Shown: positions 10,210 through 18,442 of the stretch, one piece after another
Position numbering within the stretch: position 1 is the stretch's first letter
How the letters are laid out: every line of letters begins with the position of its first letter
NCBI GenBank assembly: GCA_964564435.1
Contig: CAZMAT010000003.1
Span: 96,451 to 160,450 of the forward strand
Direction of reading: 5' to 3'
Origin: an uncultured bacterium
GTDB lineage: Bacteria > Fermentibacterota > Fermentibacteria > Fermentibacterales > Fermentibacteraceae
Length of the DNA: 64,000 bases
Made by a program: the position numbers and the translations under genes
The notes under the pieces: generated by a model
The model's input: only the letters and a program-made list of their open reading frames with translations
What the model was told of the DNA's origin: nothing
Database searches by the model: none

Positions 10210-10590
10210 GTGCTCCTGTTCGCTCTGGCAGCGGTGATCTGGATCCTGAGCTCGGATCCCGCCCCGGATTACATCCCGCCCCTCTTCCCATATCAGGACA
10301 AGCTCATGCATTTCGTGGAGTTCGCCTCGCTGGGATTCGCCATCTCGCTGAACCGCGACCTGTTCCGGAGATCGGACGGCGCCGCCCTCGCCTCCGGCGT
10401 TCTGTGGGCGGGACTCGACGAGATCCACCAGGCCTACGTCCCGGGAAGGGACTGCTCGACCGGCGATTTCCTGGCCGACTGCGCCGGGCTGGCCGCGGGT
10501 TTCGCGGCCGGGGCTCTGAGGTCGGCCAGGGCTGGCCGCAGGCGCAGGCTTGGCCTTATGTTCCGCGAACGGAGTGAAAGCGGCTCTTGA
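10210..10590 (+). CDS. VanZ-like family membrane protein
   Basis: LFPYQDKLMHFVEFA...GLDEIHQAYVPGRDCSTGDFLADCAG matches the VanZ family. It is the 3' part of track ORF 9391..10590, whose 5' portion is antisense to the GGDEF gene. Start uncertain (GTG 10210 or TTG 10192). Confidence 0.6.
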   Translation: MLLFALAAVIWILSSDPAPDYIPPLFPYQDKLMHFVEFASLGFAISLNRDLFRRSDGAALASGVLWAGLDEIHQAYVPGRDCSTGDFLADCAGLAAGFAAGALRSARAGRRRRLGLMFRERSESGS

Positions 10591-10698
10591 CACCGCTTCA
10601 CCGGCAGGATACGATCTTCAGTCGGACAGGGGTCGGTCCTCAAGTTGTTCCCAGGGGTCCATTCAGCCATTCTGACCAGTCGAGAGGAGGTCCCGCGT

Positions 10699-10965
10699 AT
10701 GCCTAGAGCCAGGATGATCTGGTTCTGCCTGGCAGTTCTCAGCGCCGCCCTGCTTCTCTCCGCCTGCGGTCCCAGCGAGGCACAGATCCGTGCCAGGGAC
10801 GAGGCCAGGAGTGCGGCTCTTGCGGCCGAAGCCAGGGCAGCCAGCCTTCAGGCCGAGTATGCAGATCTGACCGAGTCCATCCCCCAGAAGGAGGCTCAGG
10901 TCCAGTCACTTCAGCAGGAGCTCGCCGAGCTCCAGGCCGAGTATCAGGCACTCGGCGGCCGCTAG
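10699..10965 (+). CDS. small coiled-coil lipoprotein
   Basis: MPRARMIWFCLAVLSAALLLSACG signal and lipobox, then heptad-like AQIRARDEARSAALAAEARAASLQAEYADL... GAGAGGAGG RBS precedes ATG 10699. Confidence 0.5.
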   Translation: MPRARMIWFCLAVLSAALLLSACGPSEAQIRARDEARSAALAAEARAASLQAEYADLTESIPQKEAQVQSLQQELAELQAEYQALGGR

Positions 10966-10980
10966 GAGGGGGGGAACGCA

Positions 10981-11658
10981 ATGAATCGCAACTTCGCAAT
11001 GATCCTTGCAGCGACTCTGTTCCTCGCATCCGGCGCCGTTGCGGGAACCTGGTCCGCTGAAGAGCTGTCCCAGTACACGCACGATGAGATCGACGCCATG
11101 GGCAACGACAACCTCCCTCTCCAGATCGCCTACTGGGAGTGGGTCAAGGCCGAGGCCGACGATGTGATAGCCGAGTGGGAGCCCCAGGTTCTCCCTCTGC
11201 GCGCCCAGGCTCAGGATCTGGACAACCAGATCGCCAGCCTCCAGAACCAGATCAACCAGCTCAGGGCCGACATCGAGAGGCTCCGCAACTCCGGCGTGAC
11301 CCACAACATCGTCGAGGGCGAGTGCCTCTGGACCATCGCGTCCTACCACTACTACTTCAACGACGGCACCAAGTGGCCGCAGATCTACGAGCGCAACCGC
11401 GAGACGATAAGCGACCCCGACCTGATCTACGCCGGTCACACGCTCATCGTCCCCGTGCCCATGGTCAGCAGCTACACGGTCGTCGATGGTGACTACCTCG
11501 GCAAGATCGCCGGCTACGGCGTCGTCTACGGCGACAGGGGCATGTGGCCCCAGCTCTATGAAGCAAACCGCGGTGTGATCAGCGATCCCAACCTGATCTA
11601 TCCCGGCCAGGTTCTCACCGTCCCCAGGACCGGCTCGAGGCCTGGTACCACCCGTTAG
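10981..11658 (+). CDS. secreted LysM-domain protein (two LysM repeats)
   Basis: Signal peptide, a coiled-coil stretch, then two LysM-like modules (HNIVEGECLWTIAS...DLIYAGHTLIVP and YTVVDGDYLGKIAG...NLIYPGQVLTVP). GGAGGGGGG RBS. Confidence 0.8.
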   Translation: MNRNFAMILAATLFLASGAVAGTWSAEELSQYTHDEIDAMGNDNLPLQIAYWEWVKAEADDVIAEWEPQVLPLRAQAQDLDNQIASLQNQINQLRADIERLRNSGVTHNIVEGECLWTIASYHYYFNDGTKWPQIYERNRETISDPDLIYAGHTLIVPVPMVSSYTVVDGDYLGKIAGYGVVYGDRGMWPQLYEANRGVISDPNLIYPGQVLTVPRTGSRPGTTR

Positions 11659-11672
11659 AAAACTGTCGAGCG

Positions 11673-11710
11673 GGGAAGCTCCTCCGGTCCCGGGGGAGCT
11701 TCCCTTTTCT
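11673..11710 (+). terminator. Rho-independent terminator after the LysM gene
   Basis: gggaagctcc-tccggtcccgg-ggagcttccc is a perfect 10-bp GC-rich stem followed by ttttct. Confidence 0.6.
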
Positions 11711-11731
11711 CGGGAGACGGATCCATCCGGC

Positions 11732-12688
11732 ATGTTAGAAAGCGTCAGGGTCCAGAGGGAGCTTCCGCTCGAGCTCGCGGGCGAGGTCCTCGGACCCGGC
11801 GATTCCTTTCTGCGGCTGATATGCAGCAGGCTGGGAGTCACCGCGGTCTACAGGGACGGAGTCGTGGTGTTCACCGGGCCGGTGGAAGCCGCAGAGAAGG
11901 CCGGCAGCGTCCTCGACCGTCTCAGGGAGGACATCGGGACCACCGGGTCGGTCCGTGACATCTCGCTCTACACCGCACTGGACTTCCCATCCCCCGGCGA
12001 TCCCGGCCTGGATCTCCCCGTTCCCGGCAAGGCGGGGCGCGTCTCCCCCCGGACCCCCGGCCAGGAGGAGTACATCTCCGCCATGCGGGGCAGCGAGATC
12101 GTATTCAGCATCGGACCGGCAGGCACGGGCAAGACCTTCCTCGCAGTGGCCGCCGCGGTCGCCTCGCTCCGGGACGGCCTCGTAGAGAGGATCGTGATCA
12201 CCAGGCCTGCAGTCGAGGCAGGCGAGAATCTCGGCTTCCTGCCGGGCGACCTGCTGCAGAAGATCGACCCTTATCTCAGACCCATCTATGACGCGCTCAA
12301 CGACACGCTCTCGCCGGCGCGCCTCCGGCGAAGCATGGACAACGGCGTCATCGAGGTCGCCCCTCTCGCCTACATGCGCGGGAGGACGCTCAACAACGCC
12401 TTCGTGATCCTCGACGAAGCCCAGAACACCACCCTCACCCAGCTCAAGATGTTCCTCACCAGGCTCGGGTTCAGATCGAGGGCGGTCATCACGGGCGACA
12501 TCACGCAGATCGACCTCGAGCCCGCGTCGTCCTCCGGCCTGGTGCGCATCCGTCCGATCCTCGAAGGTGTCGAGGGGATCAGGTTCGTCCTGCTCGGCGA
12601 GAGGGACGTCGTGAGGCATCCCCTCGTGCAGAAGATCATCACCGCCTTCGCCCGGTACGAGCAGAGCCCGGGGGTGGAACAGAAATGA
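11732..12688 (+). CDS. phoH: PhoH-like ATPase
   Basis: 318 aa with Walker A GPAGTGKTFLAV and the PhoH C-terminal region. ATGA overlap with the next gene. Confidence 0.9.
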   Translation: MLESVRVQRELPLELAGEVLGPGDSFLRLICSRLGVTAVYRDGVVVFTGPVEAAEKAGSVLDRLREDIGTTGSVRDISLYTALDFPSPGDPGLDLPVPGKAGRVSPRTPGQEEYISAMRGSEIVFSIGPAGTGKTFLAVAAAVASLRDGLVERIVITRPAVEAGENLGFLPGDLLQKIDPYLRPIYDALNDTLSPARLRRSMDNGVIEVAPLAYMRGRTLNNAFVILDEAQNTTLTQLKMFLTRLGFRSRAVITGDITQIDLEPASSSGLVRIRPILEGVEGIRFVLLGERDVVRHPLVQKIITAFARYEQSPGVEQK

Positions 12689-14730
12689 CCGGCGGCAGGG
12701 CCGCCATGCTCCTGGTGCTGGCAGGTGCCGCCGCCGTGGCGGGCGCCTACCTCTTCATCGTCGCGCCCTCGTTCGCCCTCAACGATTTCGAGATCAGGGA
12801 GGGTGAGATAGTTCCCGACGGCATCGAAGCCCCGTTCTCCTTCGAGGTCCTGCTCCCCGCTGACGAGATGTCGGGGCTCAGTCAGGAGGTCGAGGCGACG
12901 GTCCCCCTGTATCTGTCCTATTCCGACGACGTCTGGCCCGAGGTCCGCGAAGGGCTCTCCAACCGCCTGGACGAGCTCTCGGTGGACAGCCTGGTGATCC
13001 AGGGGGCCCTGCGCGAACTCGGGATCATGTACGAGAAGGGCGTGATGGACCTGGACGGCCTGACCGGGGAATCCAGGGGAGGGCTGGCGATCGTCACCAG
13101 GAACGGGATGGACGGCACACCCGCTCCTCTCGGCAACGTCAACATCCACGGGCTGTCCGAGGTGGAGGCGGCGTTCGCGTCGACCCTGCGCGGAGGGGGG
13201 CTTCCCGAAGGGCAGGCCGATTCGCTCTCGGCACTCCTCTCCCCCAATGTCCTCGTGGATGGCGCGCGCAGGCAGGCCAGCATCGAAGAGGCCCTCTCGA
13301 GCTATTCCATGGTGGACACCCTGATAAGCGCGGGCGACATGATCGTGCCGGCCGGAGGTGTCGTGACCGAGCAGTCGGCCAGATACCTCGAGGCACTGAG
13401 GTCGTCACAGGCCGAGGGGATGAGCGGCAGGCGCGCTAGGAACGCTGCCGGCAGGCTGCTGCTGCTGGCCGGGATCTTCTCGGTGGCGGTCGTCTACGTG
13501 AGGGATTCCATGAAGCCCGCCTGGATCGACCGCGAACGGGTCATGCTGCTGTGCACGAGCTGGACCGCGGCGCTGTTCGTCACAGGCATCCTCTCGGTGC
13601 TGTCGGGGCGGTTCTACGGGGGGTCCTACGCCTCCCTCGTCACCTTCGGAGCCCTGCACACGAGCGTTTTCACGAACAGGAGGCACGGCGCGGTATTCTC
13701 CATCCTGTTCGCCGCGCTGACCGCGGTCGGGCATCCCCATCCCTTCAGCAGCCTCATGGTCGCAACGGCCTCGGGATCGCTCGCATCATATACGGGGTGG
13801 GACCTCCGCAAACGCAACACGATACCGCTATGCATGGTCTACGCCTCGCTCGCGGGAACGGCGGCGTTCCTCACCTGCCGCCTCCTCGACATAGGGGTCA
13901 ACACCACCCCGATGTGGATCGGGATCCTCGAGACCCTGCTCTCCCCGGTCGCCGGCGTGGGGGCGGCATATGCCCTTCTCCCGCTGTTCGAGAAGTTCGG
14001 GGTCAGCACCGTCAGGTCCATCGAGGAGGTCAAGAAGAGGGACCACCCGCTCCTGCTCGATCTCAGCCGGTGGGCGATGGGGACCTGGCAGCATTCTCAG
14101 CATGTCTCCGATCTCGCCTCCGAGGCCTCCCGCGCGATCGGGGCCGACCATGTCCTCGCCGAGGCCGGCGGGCTCTTCCACGACATCGGCAAGGTCATGG
14201 ATCCCAGGCACTTCATCGAGAACCTGCCCCCGGAGACCCCCAACCCCCATGACCTGCTGCATCCCAGGGAGAGCGCCGCGAGGCTCAGGGCACACGTCAC
14301 CGAAGGGGTGAGGCTCGCAAGGAAGTTCAGGGTCCCCGGGCCGGTCATGGACATAATCGCCCAGCATCACGGGATGACGGTCATGAGAGCCTTCTACGAG
14401 AAGGCCAGGCGCGAGTGGGAGCAGGGGGTGGAAGGAGCCTCGGAGCCCCGGGAGGCGGATTTCCGCTACGCAGGCCCCAAGCCCGCCACCAGGGAGGCCG
14501 CCATCGTGATGCTGGCCGACGCCGTCGAGTCGGCCACGAAGAACATGTCGGGCGAGCCGCCCGAGGTCATCGAGGAGCTGGTGAGGGATGTCATCGAAGA
14601 GAGGGACGTCGACGGCCAGCTCGACGATTGCCAGCTCACGCGCGGCAACCTGACCGTGATCCTCGCGACATTCCTGCAGGTCCTCCAGGGCCGTTTCCAC
14701 GAGAGAGTGAAGGACTATCCCCATGGCTGA
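12685..14730 (+). CDS. 7TM-HD phosphohydrolase (PgpH/YqfF-like, putative c-di-AMP phosphodiesterase)
   Basis: 681 aa with a 7-TM domain and a C-terminal HD domain (GGLFHDIGKVMDP...IIAQHHG). Gene position between phoH and ybeY matches B. subtilis yqfF. Confidence 0.8.
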   Translation: MTGGRAAMLLVLAGAAAVAGAYLFIVAPSFALNDFEIREGEIVPDGIEAPFSFEVLLPADEMSGLSQEVEATVPLYLSYSDDVWPEVREGLSNRLDELSVDSLVIQGALRELGIMYEKGVMDLDGLTGESRGGLAIVTRNGMDGTPAPLGNVNIHGLSEVEAAFASTLRGGGLPEGQADSLSALLSPNVLVDGARRQASIEEALSSYSMVDTLISAGDMIVPAGGVVTEQSARYLEALRSSQAEGMSGRRARNAAGRLLLLAGIFSVAVVYVRDSMKPAWIDRERVMLLCTSWTAALFVTGILSVLSGRFYGGSYASLVTFGALHTSVFTNRRHGAVFSILFAALTAVGHPHPFSSLMVATASGSLASYTGWDLRKRNTIPLCMVYASLAGTAAFLTCRLLDIGVNTTPMWIGILETLLSPVAGVGAAYALLPLFEKFGVSTVRSIEEVKKRDHPLLLDLSRWAMGTWQHSQHVSDLASEASRAIGADHVLAEAGGLFHDIGKVMDPRHFIENLPPETPNPHDLLHPRESAARLRAHVTEGVRLARKFRVPGPVMDIIAQHHGMTVMRAFYEKARREWEQGVEGASEPREADFRYAGPKPATREAAIVMLADAVESATKNMSGEPPEVIEELVRDVIEERDVDGQLDDCQLTRGNLTVILATFLQVLQGRFHERVKDYPHG

Positions 14731-15112
14731 CGGACCAGTCGTCGAGACCCCGGTCGGCGATCCCGGCTTCGACCCGGAGGATCTCCTGCGGATGGTCTCC
14801 CCCCCGGTGGAGGGTGACGTCGAGATCGTCCTGGTCGATCCGGGATACATGCGGGTGATGAACCGCAGGTACAGGCACATCGACCGCTATACCGACGTGC
14901 TCACGTTCGACCTGTCCGAGGGCGGAGCCGGCCCCGAGGGGGTCATCTACGCCGACATGCGCCTCGCCCCGCCCATGGAGGAGCTCCTCGAGAGGATATT
15001 CCACGGCTATCTCCACCTCCTGGGTCGCACCCACGACACGGAGGCCGACTCCGCATCCATGGCGGCCGACGTGGCCTCGATGGTCGCCGGGGCTTTGGAG
15101 GGAACACGGTGA
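14723..15112 (+). CDS. ybeY: rRNA maturation endoribonuclease YbeY
   Basis: 129 aa with the HGYLHLLGRTHD zinc-binding motif. Confidence 0.9.
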   Translation: MADGPVVETPVGDPGFDPEDLLRMVSPPVEGDVEIVLVDPGYMRVMNRRYRHIDRYTDVLTFDLSEGGAGPEGVIYADMRLAPPMEELLERIFHGYLHLLGRTHDTEADSASMAADVASMVAGALEGTR

Positions 15113-16329
15113 CGACCCCTGTGATCCTTCTGTCTTCAGGAGCGCTTCTGACCGCCGTGGCCAACGCCCTCAGGGCGGCGCTCCCAGGCATCCTGCCCGG
15201 GAGGAGGGACGCCGCGGAACGCAGGGAGACGGCCATCTCGCACCTCAGGGTGCTCTGGCTGGCGAGGTTCTGCGGCCTGATCACGGCAGGGATGGGCATC
15301 GCCCTCGTAGCGCTCGAGATGGGCATTTCCCCCGGATTCCCGCCCCCGGCCTCGGCTGTTGCGCTTTCGATCCTCCTCTTCCTCCTGGCGGAACTGGCGC
15401 CATCCAGGCTCGGCCACACGAGGCCCGACCTGATCAGGCGCTCGCTCGGCATCCCCCTGTTCCTTCTCCGGGTGGTCTTCCACCTGCCGGCGCGGGCGAT
15501 ACTCGGCCCGGCGTCCGGGGACGACGGGGAGACCGGGGAGTGGGTCTTCACGCCCCCCGACTTCATGTGGCTGGAACAGCGCACGGAAAGGAGCGAGCAG
15601 CACAGCTTCCTGCAGGAGAGGGAGCTGATGGAGGGCATAGTGGATTTCGCGGACAAGATCGTCCGCGAGGTCATGGTGCCCCGCATCGACATGGTTTCCA
15701 TGGCCGCGGGCGACGATCTCGACCGCGTGCTGCGGGAGGCCCTGGCCGCCAGCCATTCCCGGATCCCGGTGTATCGCGAGAAGATCGACGACATCATCGG
15801 TGTGCTCTACGTGAAGGACCTGCTGAAAGCCCTCTCCAAGCCGCCTTCGGAACCGTTCCGGATGGAGAAGATCCTCAGACAGCCGTATTTCGTGCCCGAA
15901 TACAAGAGGGTCGACAGCCTGTTCAGGGAGTTCCAGTCCCACAGGATACACATGGCCGTCGTGGTTGACGAGTACGGCGGGACCGCCGGACTCGTGACCA
16001 TGGAGGACCTGGTCGAGGAGGTCTTCGGCGAGATCCTCGACGAGTTCGAGGACTCCGAGGCCCCCATGATCCAGTCACTCGGCCTCGACACCTTCAGGGT
16101 CGACGCCATGCTTCCCATCGACGACCTGAACGATCTGCTGGAGTCGTCCTTCGGGTCCGACGACTTCGACACCGTGGGCGGTCTCGTCTACAGCAGCATC
16201 GGGAAGATCCCCAGGCCAGGCGAGAGCGTGCTGCTCGACGGGTACAGGTTCACCGTGGAGAGGGTGCGGGCGCAGAGGATACTGCTCGTCAGGGTGTCTC
16301 CCGAGCGGCAGCAGGAAACTCCCCCCTGA
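15109..16329 (+). CDS. HlyC/CorC-family transporter (DUF21 + CBS pair + CorC_HlyC)
   Basis: 406 aa with an N-terminal TM region, a CBS pair (MVPRIDMVSMA..., IHMAVVVDEYGGTAGLVTMEDLVEE) and a C-terminal transporter-associated domain. GTGA overlap with ybeY. Confidence 0.8.
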   Translation: MTTPVILLSSGALLTAVANALRAALPGILPGRRDAAERRETAISHLRVLWLARFCGLITAGMGIALVALEMGISPGFPPPASAVALSILLFLLAELAPSRLGHTRPDLIRRSLGIPLFLLRVVFHLPARAILGPASGDDGETGEWVFTPPDFMWLEQRTERSEQHSFLQERELMEGIVDFADKIVREVMVPRIDMVSMAAGDDLDRVLREALAASHSRIPVYREKIDDIIGVLYVKDLLKALSKPPSEPFRMEKILRQPYFVPEYKRVDSLFREFQSHRIHMAVVVDEYGGTAGLVTMEDLVEEVFGEILDEFEDSEAPMIQSLGLDTFRVDAMLPIDDLNDLLESSFGSDDFDTVGGLVYSSIGKIPRPGESVLLDGYRFTVERVRAQRILLVRVSPERQQETPP

Positions 16330-16330
16330 G

Positions 16331-17086
16331 GTGAGAGAGACAACTCCGGCCTGGGTCCTGCGGAGAGTCAGGTGGAGCGAATCCTCGCTGATCCTCACCC
16401 TGTATTCGATGGATCAGGGCAGGATCTCGGTGATGGCGAAGGGCGCCCTCAAGCCGGGCGGGAGGTTCCACGGGATGCTCGAACTCCTGGCCGGCGTCGA
16501 GGTGACCGTCTCCAGACGCGAGGGCCGGGAGATGTCCACCCTCACCGACGCTTCGCTGATCGAACCCTGCACCGGGCTCAGGGCGGACCCCGAGGCTTTC
16601 GCGCACGCCTGCCTGCTCTCGGAATGGGTGCAGGGTCTCTTCTTGGGAGGGGAGTCGGCCGGTGCGGTCTACGGGCTTCTCGGGACCGCCTTCTCGACCC
16701 TGCCGGAGAGCCGGGCGAAGTGGGCCGTCACCTGCGCCTCGGTGGAGACCATGCTCAGGCTTGCCGGACACGGCATGGAGATAGATGATTGCGTGCGCTG
16801 CGGCCTGCCCCCGGAGGGCTCGGAGACATGGAGCCACCGCGAAGGCGGGATCGTCTGCGCGAGGTGTTCGATGCCCGGAGAGACCGCCGTTTCGAAGGGC
16901 ATCCTCGAATTCATAAGGACCTGCCGGAAATCCGGCTTCGAGACCGCCTCCCGCACCAGGCTCTGGAAGGGCGGCTTCCGGGCGTGCCACGATTTCATGC
17001 GGGACTTCGCACAGGCCCACAACCAGTCGGGTTTGAGGCTTCGCTCGCTCGGCGTACTGGAGGATCTGGAACATGGCGCCGTCTGA
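16331..17086 (+). CDS. recO: DNA repair protein RecO
   Basis: 251 aa with N-terminal OB-fold residues (ESSLILTLYSMDQGRISVMAKGALKPG) and a C-terminal Cys4 zinc motif (CVRCG...CARCS). Confidence 0.8.
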   Translation: MRETTPAWVLRRVRWSESSLILTLYSMDQGRISVMAKGALKPGGRFHGMLELLAGVEVTVSRREGREMSTLTDASLIEPCTGLRADPEAFAHACLLSEWVQGLFLGGESAGAVYGLLGTAFSTLPESRAKWAVTCASVETMLRLAGHGMEIDDCVRCGLPPEGSETWSHREGGIVCARCSMPGETAVSKGILEFIRTCRKSGFETASRTRLWKGGFRACHDFMRDFAQAHNQSGLRLRSLGVLEDLEHGAV

Positions 17087-18440
17087 CGACTCTATGAAGA
17101 AGATGGTTTCCCTCTGCAAGAGACTCGGTTTCGTGTTCCAGTCCGGCGAGATCTACGGCGGGCTCCAGTCGGCCTGGGACTACGGCCCGCTGGGCGTAGA
17201 GCTCAAGAAGAACATCGAGTCGAGCTGGTGGGACTTCATGGTCAGGCGCCGCGCCGACGTGGTCGGAGTCGACACAGCCATCATCACGCATCCCGACGTC
17301 TGGAGGGCCTCCGGCCACGTCGAGAACTTCCACGATCCCCTCGTGGACTGCAAAAAGTGCAGGGCGAGGTTCAGGGCCGACCAGATCGAGGGCACGAAGT
17401 GCCCGGAGTGCGGCGGCGAGCTCACCGAGCCCAGGGATTTCGGCCTGATGTTCCGCACGATGATGGGCGCGGTCGAGGATGAGGCCGCCGAGGTCTATCT
17501 GCGCCCGGAGACCTGCCAGTCGATCTTCGTGAACTTCAGGAACATCGTCACGGCGTCGAGGCAGAGCCTGCCGTTCGGCATAGCCCAGATCGGCAAGGCC
17601 TTCAGGAACGAGATCACAGCCAGGAACTTCGTATTCAGGTCCCGCGAGTTCGAGCAGATGGAGATGGAGTACTTCTGCAGGCCCGCTGACGCCGACAGGT
17701 TCTTCGAGTACTGGAAGGGCGAGAGGATGGCGTGGTACCTGTCCCTCGGCCTCTCGAGGGACAGCCTCCGGTTCCGCGACCACGCGAAGGAGGAGCTGGC
17801 CCACTATGCCAGGGCCTGCACCGACATCGAGTTCGCATTCCCGTTCGCCCCCGGGGGGTTCGGAGAGCTCGAGGGCATCGCCAACAGGTCCGACTACGAC
17901 CTCTCGGCCCACATGAAGGCCAGCGGGCAGGATCTCTGGTTCATCGACCAGGTCGCGAACGAGAAGGTGGTCCCCTGGGTCGTGGAGACCTCCGGAGGCG
18001 TGGGGCGCACCATCCTCGCCGTGCTGCTGGACGCCTACCACGAGGATGTGGTGGACGGCCGCGAGCGCGTGACGCTCAGGCTGTCGCCGGCTCTCGCGCC
18101 GGTGAAGACGGCGGTGCTGCCGCTCTCCCGCGCCCTCGAGGGGAAGGCGGCCGGGGTGGCGGACATGCTGCGCCCTCATCTGCCAGTGAGCTTCGACGTG
18201 ACGGGATCGATAGGCAAGCGCTACCGCCGCATGGACGAGATAGGCACGCCCTTCTGCGTCACATACGATTTCGAATCCGAGAACGACGGGGCAGTGACGA
18301 TCCGCGAGCGGGACACGCTCGAGCAGGTCAGGGTCGGGGTGGACAACCTCGCCGACCTCCTCCTCGACTGCCTCAGGAAGGGCTGGGGGCCGGCCATCGA
18401 AAAGGCCGGGCTCTCGGCCGCCGGGAGGGCCTCGGAGTGA
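17073..18440 (+). CDS. glyQS: glycine--tRNA ligase (alpha2 type)
   Basis: 455 aa with class-II GlyRS motifs (FQSGEIYGGLQSAWDYGPLG, Cys-rich insertion CKKCRARF...CPECGG, C-terminal anticodon-binding domain). Confidence 0.9.
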   Translation: MAPSDDSMKKMVSLCKRLGFVFQSGEIYGGLQSAWDYGPLGVELKKNIESSWWDFMVRRRADVVGVDTAIITHPDVWRASGHVENFHDPLVDCKKCRARFRADQIEGTKCPECGGELTEPRDFGLMFRTMMGAVEDEAAEVYLRPETCQSIFVNFRNIVTASRQSLPFGIAQIGKAFRNEITARNFVFRSREFEQMEMEYFCRPADADRFFEYWKGERMAWYLSLGLSRDSLRFRDHAKEELAHYARACTDIEFAFPFAPGGFGELEGIANRSDYDLSAHMKASGQDLWFIDQVANEKVVPWVVETSGGVGRTILAVLLDAYHEDVVDGRERVTLRLSPALAPVKTAVLPLSRALEGKAAGVADMLRPHLPVSFDVTGSIGKRYRRMDEIGTPFCVTYDFESENDGAVTIRERDTLEQVRVGVDNLADLLLDCLRKGWGPAIEKAGLSAAGRASE

Positions 18441-18442
18441 GC